In this document: positions 36,262 through 45,253 of the stretch, in pieces
How positions within the stretch are numbered: position 1 is the stretch's first letter
How the letters are laid out: every line of letters begins with the position of its first letter
From: an uncultured Faecalibacterium sp.
GTDB lineage: Bacteria > Bacillota > Clostridia > Christensenellales > CAG-917
Assembly: GCA_964495385.1 (NCBI GenBank)
Contig: CAZBVO010000006.1
Span: 8,257 to 72,256 of the forward strand
Direction of reading: 5' to 3'
Length of the DNA stretch: 64,000 nucleotides
The notes under the pieces: generated by a model
What the model saw: the letters and a program-made list of their open reading frames with translations, nothing else
Told to the model about the DNA's origin: nothing
Databases searched by the model: none
Made by a program: the position numbers and the translations under genes

Positions 36262-39200
36262 ATGAAAGAATTCGTACACCTGCATCTGCACACCGAATAC
36301 AGCCTTTTGGACGGAATGTCCCGCATTAAAAAAGGCAAAAAGGGCACGCCTTTGGCGGATGCCCTCAAGGCAAAGGGCATGAAAGCTTGCGCTATCACCG
36401 ATCATGGCAACATGTACGGCGTCTATCCTTTTGTCGAAACTTTCGGAAGCGTCCGAAAAAAGGCTGTCGAAAATTTGGAGAAATCGCTTCAGGCCGAAGG
36501 GAAAAGCAAAGACGAAATAAAGAAAACCGTTGCCGAGCGCAAAGATACTCTCGACGATTTGAAACCTATAATCGGCAGCGAGTTTTACGTTGTCGACGAC
36601 TACAAAAAGTTTGAACACGGCGAAACGAGATACCACCTTATACTGCTTGCAAAAAACGAAATCGGCTACAAAAATCTGATGAAGTTGTCGAGCATATCTT
36701 TCATTGACGGATTTTACTACCGTCCGCGCATCGACCTTGCTCTTTTGAAGGAGTATAGCGAAGGCCTGGTGTGTCTGTCGGCGTGCATACAGGGGCAAAT
36801 TCCGCAACTGTTGCTTAACGACGAATACGACAAAGCCAAAAAACTGGCAATCGAAATGCGCGATATGTTCGCTCCGGGCGATTTTTACATCGAAATTCAG
36901 TTCCACGGAACTCCCGAACAGGCAAGGATGCCTTACGTTTATCGCGGCGAGGACAAGCGGGATATGCCTCTTTGGCAACGTCAAAGATACCTCAATCCGC
37001 TTTTGAAAAAGCTTGCCGACGAAATAGGCGTAAAAATAGTTGCAACCAACGACGTGCATTATCTGTCCAAAGAAGATGCCGACGTTCAGGACGTTATGCT
37101 TTGCGTAAACATGCAGCGCAAAGTGGGCGATCCGGACCGTATGCGCATGGATCCGCACGAATTTTATCTCAAAAGCTACGACGAGATGCTTTTGATGTTG
37201 CCGGAATATCCCGAAGCGCTGGACAACACCGTCGAAATTGCAAACAAGTGCAACGTGAAGGTTCAGATTAAGGCTCCTGCCGGGCATTACGAAATTCCGA
37301 ATTACGTTCCCGAGGACGAAAACGGCAAACCGCTTGGCATATCGGCCGAGGAATATTTGTCTCGCATGAGCTGGGAAGGACTGGAAAAACGCTACTCGGT
37401 GGTTACCGACGAGCTTAAAGAACGTATGAAGATGGAATTGGACGTCATAATCCGCATGGGTTTTGCCGGCTACTATCTTATCGTTTGGGACTATATCAAC
37501 TGGGCCAAAAAACACGGGATACCTATCGGGCCGGGAAGAGGAAGCGGCGTCGGCAGCATCGTTGCTTATTGCGTCGGCATAACCAACGTCGATCCGATAC
37601 GCTACAATTTGCTTTTCGAGCGTTTTTTGAACGTTGAACGTATAAGCATGCCGGACTTCGACGTGGATATCTGCATCGAAGGAAGGGGCAGAGTCATCGA
37701 ATACGTTTCGCACAAGTATCATCCCGAGAACGTAACCCAAATTATCGCATTCGGCACAATGAGTGCCCGCTCGGCCTTAAAGGACGTTGCGAGAGCTTAC
37801 GATATCCCGTACGCCGATGCCGACAAGTGGTCGAAGGCCATTCCGATGGAAGCCGGGAAGTGCAGTTTCGACAGGGCGCTCGGCTTATACAAAAACGATG
37901 CGGGCAAGGTTGAGGGGGCGTCTCCGGACTTTATCGATTTTTACGAAAACGACGCAACCGCGCACAGCATAATCGACGTTGCCAGAAAGCTCGAGGGCAT
38001 GCCTCGGCAGACCTCCATGCACGCATGCGGTGTTTTGATTTGCCCTAAGCCGGTTGTGGAATATTTGCCGGAACAGCGCAAAGAAGACAGCATAACCACT
38101 CAGTTCGACAAGGATCAGGTTGAGGCAATGGGCTTGGTCAAAATGGACTTTTTGGGGCTCAGAACGCTGACCGACATCAATTTGGCTTGTCAGTACGCAA
38201 AGGAAGATTTCGGAGTCGACGTCGATTTCGACAAACTCGGCGTGGACGATCCGGAAGTGTATGCCGAAATTTACAGCGGCGACACCGTGGGCATATTCCA
38301 GCTTGAAAGCGCAGGCATGTGCAAGTTTATGCAGAGGCTTCGTCCGGACAAACTCGAGGACGTCATAGCAGGCGTTTCGCTTTACCGACCGGGTCCGATG
38401 CAGTTTATCGACGACTATATAAAGGGTAAACACAATCCCGAAAAGGTCCATTATATCGACGACAAGCTTCGCAAAATTTTGGACGTTACTTACGGTTGCA
38501 TAGTCTATCAGGAACAGGTTATGCAGATTGCTCGAGAAGTGGCGGGCTACAGCCTCGGCGGAGCAGACCTTTTGCGCCGTGCAATGGGCAAGAAAAAGGT
38601 TGACATCATGAAACACAACAAAGAGGTGTTCATCAACGGCGGTAAGCCGGATGCCGACAAGGACGCCGTCATTCCGGGCGCCGTCAAACTGGGCATGAAA
38701 GCCGAGGTGGCAAACGCTTTGTTCGATCAGATTTTGCAGTTTGCTTCCTATGCTTTCAACAAGTCGCACGCGGCGGCCTATAGCGTCATAACTTATCAAA
38801 CCGCTTATTTGAAACGTTACTACCGCGCGCAGTTTATGACGGCTATTTTAAACAACCGCATAACGGACGCAAAAGAGATAAGCAAATACGTCAACTATCT
38901 GACTTCGGTCGACATCAAGGTTTTGCCGCCGGATATAAACCGAAGCAAACAAAAGTTTTCGACCGAAGGCAAAGCGGTCCGCTTCGGACTTATGGCCATC
39001 AAAGGCGTCGGGGAACAGGCGGTGGCCGAAATAGTTAAGGAAAGAGAACTTAACGGACGCTACGTTGATCTCGAAGACGTAATCCGCCGCAACGCCGACG
39101 TCGGCCTCAACAAGAGGATGGTTGAAAACATGATAAAAGGCGGCGTGTTCGATTGCTTCGGCCGGACCAGAAGCACGCTTATGTCGTCCTACGAGCAGAT

Positions 39201-40050
39201 TATGGACATCGTCGCTCACGACAAAAAGAACAGCGAGTCGGGTCAACTGTCGCTTTTTGACGATTTGTTTGCCGCCGACGAACCTGCGGTCAGCTCGTTT
39301 AAATACGTCAATTTGCCTGAATACAGCGAAGTCGAAAGGCTTGGCTACGAAAAGGAAGTTTTGGGCATGTATTCCACCGGGCATCCGCTCAATAGCTTCA
39401 AAACAGCACTTAAAAAGTACGGTTTCAACACTTCAATGCTGGTCTTGGACGAAGCGGAACAGGATGACGGCGAAGAAGAACTGTCGGCCTCCGTGGACGA
39501 AAACGGCGAAATGCACGACAGCGTCCGTTACGACACCTCGCTTAACGGGCAAAGGGTGAGTATGGGCGGCGTGCTTACCGAAATGACAAAAAAAATCAGC
39601 AAAAAAACGGGCAAGAACATGGGCTACGGCACGCTGGAGGATTTGTACGGAAGCATCGAAGTGGTGTTCTTTACCGACGCTTTTGAAAAATACAGGCACT
39701 TGCTGAAAGAAAACAGCTTCATAAGCGTAACCGGCAATTTGAGCATTCAGGCCGAAGACAGGCCTAAAATCACCGTCAGAGAAGTGTACGAACTTACCCC
39801 GGACGGGCAGGAAAAAGCGGCAGAAGCCGAGAAGCACGGTATAATTTATCTGCGCATGGCTTTAAGAAACGACGTTGTTTCGGCCGTTCAGCGCATACTT
39901 GCAAAACATCCCGGTGACAATGCGGTAAGAGTCAAATTTAAAGACAACGACGTAAGGGAATTTCCGCAAAAGGTAAAACTTTCCGACGCCTTAATGTTCG
40001 ATCTCGGTCTTACCCTCGGGCAGGAAAACATCAAAGTGATTTACAAATAG
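36262..40050 (+). CDS. dnaE: DNA polymerase III alpha subunit (DnaE type)
   Basis: 1262 aa. PHP N-terminus (FVHLHLHTEYSLLDG), palm (PDFDVDI), fingers (RAMGKKK), and an OB-fold C-terminus. Confidence 0.95.
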   Translation: MKEFVHLHLHTEYSLLDGMSRIKKGKKGTPLADALKAKGMKACAITDHGNMYGVYPFVETFGSVRKKAVENLEKSLQAEGKSKDEIKKTVAERKDTLDDLKPIIGSEFYVVDDYKKFEHGETRYHLILLAKNEIGYKNLMKLSSISFIDGFYYRPRIDLALLKEYSEGLVCLSACIQGQIPQLLLNDEYDKAKKLAIEMRDMFAPGDFYIEIQFHGTPEQARMPYVYRGEDKRDMPLWQRQRYLNPLLKKLADEIGVKIVATNDVHYLSKEDADVQDVMLCVNMQRKVGDPDRMRMDPHEFYLKSYDEMLLMLPEYPEALDNTVEIANKCNVKVQIKAPAGHYEIPNYVPEDENGKPLGISAEEYLSRMSWEGLEKRYSVVTDELKERMKMELDVIIRMGFAGYYLIVWDYINWAKKHGIPIGPGRGSGVGSIVAYCVGITNVDPIRYNLLFERFLNVERISMPDFDVDICIEGRGRVIEYVSHKYHPENVTQIIAFGTMSARSALKDVARAYDIPYADADKWSKAIPMEAGKCSFDRALGLYKNDAGKVEGASPDFIDFYENDATAHSIIDVARKLEGMPRQTSMHACGVLICPKPVVEYLPEQRKEDSITTQFDKDQVEAMGLVKMDFLGLRTLTDINLACQYAKEDFGVDVDFDKLGVDDPEVYAEIYSGDTVGIFQLESAGMCKFMQRLRPDKLEDVIAGVSLYRPGPMQFIDDYIKGKHNPEKVHYIDDKLRKILDVTYGCIVYQEQVMQIAREVAGYSLGGADLLRRAMGKKKVDIMKHNKEVFINGGKPDADKDAVIPGAVKLGMKAEVANALFDQILQFASYAFNKSHAAAYSVITYQTAYLKRYYRAQFMTAILNNRITDAKEISKYVNYLTSVDIKVLPPDINRSKQKFSTEGKAVRFGLMAIKGVGEQAVAEIVKERELNGRYVDLEDVIRRNADVGLNKRMVENMIKGGVFDCFGRTRSTLMSSYEQIMDIVAHDKKNSESGQLSLFDDLFAADEPAVSSFKYVNLPEYSEVERLGYEKEVLGMYSTGHPLNSFKTALKKYGFNTSMLVLDEAEQDDGEEELSASVDENGEMHDSVRYDTSLNGQRVSMGGVLTEMTKKISKKTGKNMGYGTLEDLYGSIEVVFFTDAFEKYRHLLKENSFISVTGNLSIQAEDRPKITVREVYELTPDGQEKAAEAEKHGIIYLRMALRNDVVSAVQRILAKHPGDNAVRVKFKDNDVREFPQKVKLSDALMFDLGLTLGQENIKVIYK

Positions 40051-40061
40051 TTGGCAAATGC

Positions 40062-40089
40062 TTGATTTTGAGTGAAAATTTGATATAAT
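40062..40089 (+). promoter_or_regulatory. putative sigma-A promoter of pfkA
   Basis: TTGATT, 16-nt spacer, TATAAT. Confidence 0.45.
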
Positions 40090-40117
40090 TTAGTTAAATA
40101 TATACGAGGATTTTGTT

Positions 40118-41080
40118 ATGAAAAGAGTTGCGATTCTAACCTCCGGCGGAGACGCTCCGGGCATGAATGCCTGCATAAGAGCGGCGACGAGGTATGCACT
40201 TAGCAAAGGATTTGACGTTTACGGTGTCGAAAGAGGCTATCAGGGGCTTATCGACGGCGAACTGTTTCGCATGGGATCCCGAAACGTTTCGGGCATAATT
40301 CACAAGGGCGGAACTTTCCTCAAAACGGCCAGATGTCCCGATTTTAAAACGATTGAAGGGCAGCGCCATGCGGCGGAAACCCTCGGTGCATACGGCATCG
40401 ACGGGCTTATTTGCATAGGCGGCGACGGTACGTTTAGGGGAGCAAAAGATTTGTCGGACAATTTCGGCGTCAACGTCATCGGCATTCCGGGGACCATTGA
40501 CAACGACCTTGCCTACACCGATTTTACTTTGGGGTTCGACACGGCGGTGAACACCTGTATCTGGGCAATCAACTGCCTGCGCGACACTATGGGCAGTCAT
40601 GACCGAGTCAGCTTGTTGGAGGTTATGGGCAGAAGGTGCGGCGATATCGCGCTTTATGCCGGCATCGCAGGCGGCGCCGAATATATTTTGGTTCCGGAGG
40701 TCGAGTATGACCTCGACGCCATTTGCAAAAGCATTTCGATGAGTCAAAAACGCGGCAAAACGTCCAACATGATCATCCTTGCCGAAGGCGCGGGGAAGCA
40801 AGAAGACATTTGCAAATACATCTACGACAAAACCGGCATTTCGGTGAAGCCTACAACTTTGGGGCATATCCAACGCGGCGGCAGTCCTACCGTGTCCGAC
40901 CGAGTTTTGGCGGCAAAACTGGCAGTAAGGTCGGTTGACTTGCTTTTGGCCGGAAAAACCAACCGAGTTGTCGGAATAAGACACAACGAAATTATCGACG
41001 AAGACATAACCGAAGCGCTTCAAATGGAACACCGTTTCGACAAAGCTTTGTACGATATTACGCTTACAATAGGTTTATAA
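40118..41080 (+). CDS. pfkA: ATP-dependent 6-phosphofructokinase
   Basis: 320 aa. ILTSGGDAPGMNA, IGGDGTFRGA and PGTIDNDL, i.e. Gly at both nucleotide-specificity positions. Confidence 0.93.
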   Translation: MKRVAILTSGGDAPGMNACIRAATRYALSKGFDVYGVERGYQGLIDGELFRMGSRNVSGIIHKGGTFLKTARCPDFKTIEGQRHAAETLGAYGIDGLICIGGDGTFRGAKDLSDNFGVNVIGIPGTIDNDLAYTDFTLGFDTAVNTCIWAINCLRDTMGSHDRVSLLEVMGRRCGDIALYAGIAGGAEYILVPEVEYDLDAICKSISMSQKRGKTSNMIILAEGAGKQEDICKYIYDKTGISVKPTTLGHIQRGGSPTVSDRVLAAKLAVRSVDLLLAGKTNRVVGIRHNEIIDEDITEALQMEHRFDKALYDITLTIGL

Positions 41081-41128
41081 CAACAAAACAAACAAATAAA
41101 ATATATTTTTTACACATTGGAGGTTACT

Positions 41129-42370
41129 ATGAAAAATCTTAAAGGCGCTTGCATGTTTGCGCAGTCCGGCGGCCCTACGTCGGTTATCAACAGTTCCGCC
41201 GCAGGCGTGTTTATCGAGGCGCTGAACAGCCCTGAAATCACAAAGGTTTACGGAGCGGCTCACGGTATCAAGGGCGTTTTGGACGAACAGTTTTACGATA
41301 TCGGCCTTGAAGACAGAAGCGAACTGGAACTTTTGAAATACACCCCGAGTTCGGCTCTCGGCTCCGTGCGCTACAAACTTAAAGACGTCAGCGTCGACGA
41401 CACCGACTACAAGCGCATTTTGGAAGTTTTCAAAAAATACGACATCCGCTATTTCTTCTACAACGGCGGCAACGACAGCATGGACACTTGCAACAAAATC
41501 AGCAAGTTTCTCAACGGTTCGGGATGGGATTGCAACGTTATCGGTGTTCCTAAAACAATCGACAACGATTTGTTCGGCACCGACCACTGCCCGGGCTTTG
41601 CTTCGGCGGCAAAATACATCGCAACCACTTTGATGGAAATCAACCTCGACGCAAAAGTTTACAACACCGGCATGGTGTGCGTTATCGAAGTTATGGGACG
41701 CAACGCAGGTTGGCTTACGGCCGCGGCAAGCCTTGCAAACCACAAGGGCCTTGGTGCAGACCTCATTTATTTGCCGGAAGTTGCGTTTGACGTCGACAAA
41801 TTCGTCAGCGACGTTCAAAACGTTTGCGCCAAAAACGACAACAAGTGCATCGCAGTCGTTTCCGAAGGCATCAAACTTGCCGACGGCAGATACGTCGGTG
41901 AATTTACCGCTTCCAAAACCGACTTGTTCGGTCACGCACAGCTGGGCGGCGTAGGACAAATGCTCGCAAACATCATCAAGGAAAAAACCGGCATCAAAAC
42001 CAGAGCCATCGAACTTAGCCTTATGCAACGTTGCGGCGCACATCTCGCATCCAAAGTCGACGTCGAAGAAGCTTTCAACGCAGGCGCACAGGCAGTTAAG
42101 GCAGCCGTTTCTGGCGAAACCGACAAAATGGTTTGCTTCGAAAGAGACATGTCCTCCGGCAGCTACGTTTGCAACTACAAACTTCTTCCGTTGGAACTTG
42201 CCGCAAACACCGAAAAAACCGTGCCGCTGGATTGGATAATCAACGATGGCACCGCACTTTCCGACAAATTTATCGAATACGCATTGCCGCTTATTCAGGG
42301 CGACGCAAAAGCTCCGCTCGAGGACGGACTTCCTCGCTTTGCAAAACTGAAAAAAGTTTTTGTAAAATAA
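41129..42370 (+). CDS. pfp: phosphofructokinase, predicted pyrophosphate-dependent
   Basis: 413 aa. QSGGPTSVINS, NGGNDSMDT and VPKTIDNDL, i.e. an Asp/Lys signature at the positions that distinguish PPi- from ATP-PFKs. ATG 41129 follows GGAGG. Confidence 0.8.
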   Translation: MKNLKGACMFAQSGGPTSVINSSAAGVFIEALNSPEITKVYGAAHGIKGVLDEQFYDIGLEDRSELELLKYTPSSALGSVRYKLKDVSVDDTDYKRILEVFKKYDIRYFFYNGGNDSMDTCNKISKFLNGSGWDCNVIGVPKTIDNDLFGTDHCPGFASAAKYIATTLMEINLDAKVYNTGMVCVIEVMGRNAGWLTAAASLANHKGLGADLIYLPEVAFDVDKFVSDVQNVCAKNDNKCIAVVSEGIKLADGRYVGEFTASKTDLFGHAQLGGVGQMLANIIKEKTGIKTRAIELSLMQRCGAHLASKVDVEEAFNAGAQAVKAAVSGETDKMVCFERDMSSGSYVCNYKLLPLELAANTEKTVPLDWIINDGTALSDKFIEYALPLIQGDAKAPLEDGLPRFAKLKKVFVK

Positions 42371-42389
42371 AAACCAAACAAAAATCTGT

Positions 42390-42425
42390 TTTCCGCAACG
42401 CATGCCGTTGCGGAAAATTTTGAAA
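42390..42425 (+). terminator. possible terminator after the PPi-PFK gene
   Basis: tttccgcaacg/cgttgcggaaa stem, but only a weak U tract (AATTTTG). Confidence 0.4.
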
Positions 42426-42433
42426 GAGGAATT

Positions 42434-44131
42434 ATGAAAGTTTCCGACGTACTGACCGTGACGGTGTCCGACAGCGGAATGGAAGGCGAGGGCATAGCAA
42501 AAGTTGACGGCTACGTTCTTTTCGTGCCTATGGCGCTTCCCGGCGAGACGGTAAAAATCAGGATAAACCATTTAAAAAAGAATTTCGGTTACGCAACCTT
42601 ATTAAAAGTGATTTCGCCGTCGGCAGACAGGGTTGTACCGCCGTGTCCCGTTTACGGCCGTTGCGGCGGTTGCGATATGCAACACGTTGCCTACGACAAA
42701 CAAAAGCAATTTAAGCGCAAGCAGGTTGAAACGTGCCTTAAAAAAAATGCAGGCACGGATTTTCCCGTTGCGGAAGTGATTTCGGGCGAGAACAAATTTG
42801 CCTACCGAAACAAACTCCAGATGCCGTTCGGAACCGTTGACGGCAAAGTCGTGTTGGGCTTTTTTAAAGAAGGTACGCACAAGGTAGTGCCTGCCGACAA
42901 GTGCATTTTGCACGGCGAATGGGCCGAAAAGCTTATGCGCACGGTGTTGGCGTGGGCAAACAAAAACAAAATTTCCGTTTACGACGAGCTGTCCGGAAAA
43001 GGCGTTTTGAGACATCTTGTGGCCCGTAACGTCGGCGGAAAATCGGTTGTCGTAGTGGTGGGAAATTGCGGCAAATTGCCGTTTGCGGATTTGCTGGCGA
43101 CTGCCCTCAAAAAAACGTTCGGCAACGATTTTAAGCTGTATTTTTCGTCAAACCGAAAAAAGACCAACGTAATTTTGGGCGATTCGGCCGTGGCGATCGG
43201 AGGATCGGACGTCAAAGTTGACGTCGGCGGAGTGGCCGTGGACGTCAGTCCGTTCACTTTTTTGCAGGTTAACGACGAAGTGCGTGATTTGATTTACGGC
43301 GACGTTTCGAGGCTTGTCGGCGATGACAACGACGTTATCGTGGACGCCTACTCGGGTATGGGCATTATGACGGCAAAACTTTCGGGCAAAGCCAAAAAGG
43401 CGTACGGAATCGAGATAGTTAAAGAGGCCGTTGCGGATGCAAATAAGCTGATGAAGCAAAACGGCATAACCAACGTTGAAAACATTTGCGGCGATGCCGC
43501 CGTCGAACTTCCAAACCTTGTGAAAAAAATTCGCGAAGCCAAACCGAAACATTTTTATCATTTGGCAAAATCACCGTTTGACAGCATCAAATGCGGAGAT
43601 AAAACCTTTGAATTGCGCTTGTATGACCAAAAACGTAAAATGCTGAAAGAAGGCGACGTGATTGAGTTCGAGTGCATGGAATCGGGCGAAAAACTCGCAA
43701 AACGGGTTGAGAGTATTAAAGTTTTTGACAACTTTGCGACGCTGTTTGCCGCTCTCGGAACAAGGAAGGATACCTGCGGAACCGAGATGACCGAGCAACA
43801 GGCGATAAGCGGCATGCGAGAGTATTACAGTGCCGAGCAGGAGCAATCTTTCGGGGTTTGCGCCGTCGAGCTGGGCGACACATTAAAAACGGTGGCGGTG
43901 GTTCTCGATCCGCCGCGGAAAGGGTGTGACGAAAAAACGCTTGCGGCAGTTAAAGAAGCTCGGCCGGAAAAAATCGTTTACGTCAGTTGTAATCCTGCAA
44001 CGTTGGCCCGTGACCTTGCGTTTTTGAAAACCGATTTCAACATCGTAAGCGTTCAGCCGTACGATATGTTCCCTCAAACCAAGCACGTTGAAACAGTAGT
44101 TTGCCTTAGAAAACGACAGTTTCAACAATGA
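42434..44131 (+). CDS. RumA/RlmD-type 23S rRNA (uracil-C5)-methyltransferase with an inserted ASCH domain
   Basis: TRAM N-terminus, Fe-S Cys set CPVYGRCGGC...ADKC, SAM motif I VDAYSGMG, DPPRKG, and catalytic VYVSCNPATLARD. About 113 extra aa between motif III and DPPRKG. Confidence 0.88.
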   Translation: MKVSDVLTVTVSDSGMEGEGIAKVDGYVLFVPMALPGETVKIRINHLKKNFGYATLLKVISPSADRVVPPCPVYGRCGGCDMQHVAYDKQKQFKRKQVETCLKKNAGTDFPVAEVISGENKFAYRNKLQMPFGTVDGKVVLGFFKEGTHKVVPADKCILHGEWAEKLMRTVLAWANKNKISVYDELSGKGVLRHLVARNVGGKSVVVVVGNCGKLPFADLLATALKKTFGNDFKLYFSSNRKKTNVILGDSAVAIGGSDVKVDVGGVAVDVSPFTFLQVNDEVRDLIYGDVSRLVGDDNDVIVDAYSGMGIMTAKLSGKAKKAYGIEIVKEAVADANKLMKQNGITNVENICGDAAVELPNLVKKIREAKPKHFYHLAKSPFDSIKCGDKTFELRLYDQKRKMLKEGDVIEFECMESGEKLAKRVESIKVFDNFATLFAALGTRKDTCGTEMTEQQAISGMREYYSAEQEQSFGVCAVELGDTLKTVAVVLDPPRKGCDEKTLAAVKEARPEKIVYVSCNPATLARDLAFLKTDFNIVSVQPYDMFPQTKHVETVVCLRKRQFQQ

Positions 44132-44299
44132 ATTGCCGTTGGCATGAATTGCACTGACGTGCATGAATTGACCTATGGTCATATCAGCGTAAACGTAGAG
44201 TTTGGCGAAGAAGAAGGGCAGGTTTCTCTTAAAGTATAGAAAAGCGTGCAAAAGGGCGTAAGCCTAAAAAGAAAACGACTAAAGTTTAAGGAGGGCGTA

Positions 44300-45244
44300 A
44301 TGAAAATTTTAGACAACAGCGAAAAGCATTTACTGTCGATTTTGCCGAATATTGTTTCCGAAAAACTTAGCCAAAAAGTTGTTCGGTGCAAGTTTATCGG
44401 TGGAGGAAGCTACGGCAGGGTTTATAAGGTTTTGCTTTCCGACGGGGACGTGATTGCCGTCAAGGGCTATAAACTTCCGAAAATGCAACATGAAGAAGCA
44501 CAGCAACTAAAATTTTTGGCCGAGCATACAAGCGTTAAAATGCCCGAAGTTCTTTTTACATACGAGGACGACGATACCGCACTTTTGGCAATGAGCTTCG
44601 TTGAGGGGCGAAACGTTTTGCATCCCGCATTTTTGTTAAAGAGCAAAAGAAAGAAACAAAATTTCGCAGATGAAGTTATTGCAGGCATGCTCGAGTGGCA
44701 CAGTATCGAAAACGACAAGTTCGGTTCGTTGTCCAATCCCGGTTATGACAGCTGGTACGAGTATTATAAAACAGAAAAGCAAATTCCTTGGCTAAAAGCG
44801 TTGAAAGAACTGTCCGACAACGGAAAGTTTGGCAACAAAAGAATGAAGCTGCTTTTTGAAGCAACCGACATTTTTAATAAGTTGCCTCAAGAGAACAACC
44901 CTCCCGTGCTTATTCATGCCGACCTTAATATGATGAACATTATGGCCGATCCGAAAACGTTGAAGCTTGTTGCGTTTATCGATCCGTGTGGAAGCATATG
45001 GGCGGACAGAGAATACGATTTGTTTCAGCTTCGAAACATGTGGGGAGATGCTTACGGTCTTTATGAAACGTACAAAAGAAAGTATGAAACATCCGAATTT
45101 ACCGATTTTCGAGTTGCTTATTACGGTGCTATGCTTGAAGCGTCAATGAGGCTTAAAGGCGGTCACATAATACCGCTTTGGGAGGATTTGAATTTTTCCC
45201 GATTGAAAAAAGAGATGAAAAAGATACAAAAAAAGACGTTTTAA
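44300..45244 (+). CDS. APH/choline-kinase-family phosphotransferase (substrate unknown)
   Basis: GGGSYGRVYKV (Gly-rich loop), AVK (Lys), VLIHADLNMMNIM (HxDxxxxN) and FIDPCG. AGGAGG RBS before ATG 44300. Confidence 0.8.
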   Translation: MKILDNSEKHLLSILPNIVSEKLSQKVVRCKFIGGGSYGRVYKVLLSDGDVIAVKGYKLPKMQHEEAQQLKFLAEHTSVKMPEVLFTYEDDDTALLAMSFVEGRNVLHPAFLLKSKRKKQNFADEVIAGMLEWHSIENDKFGSLSNPGYDSWYEYYKTEKQIPWLKALKELSDNGKFGNKRMKLLFEATDIFNKLPQENNPPVLIHADLNMMNIMADPKTLKLVAFIDPCGSIWADREYDLFQLRNMWGDAYGLYETYKRKYETSEFTDFRVAYYGAMLEASMRLKGGHIIPLWEDLNFSRLKKEMKKIQKKTF

Positions 45245-45253
45245 GAGGTAAAA

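Noticed and set aside
36049-37740. A 563-aa ORF antisense to dnaE. The same phenomenon occurs at 46197-47942 (antisense nrdD), 41075-42571 (antisense PPi-PFK), 57357-58766, 54961-56313, 16344-17726, 53401-54552, 22865-23986, 3474-4532, 19680-20753 and 8680-9537.
   Set aside because: Those I checked (dnaE, nrdD, PPi-PFK) are in the codon-aligned antisense frame of a well-supported gene, e.g. 37738-36262, 47940-46386 and 42569-41129 are all multiples of 3. They reflect genome-wide avoidance of TTA/CTA/TCA codons. Their translations have no domain signatures.
43541-43880. An intein or mobile insertion as the explanation for the extra segment in the RumA-like methyltransferase.
   Set aside because: There is no Cys/Ser/Thr at the N-terminal junction, no terminal His-Asn, and no homing-endonuclease motifs. 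The segment matches an ASCH domain end to end and is in frame, so it is treated as a nested domain.
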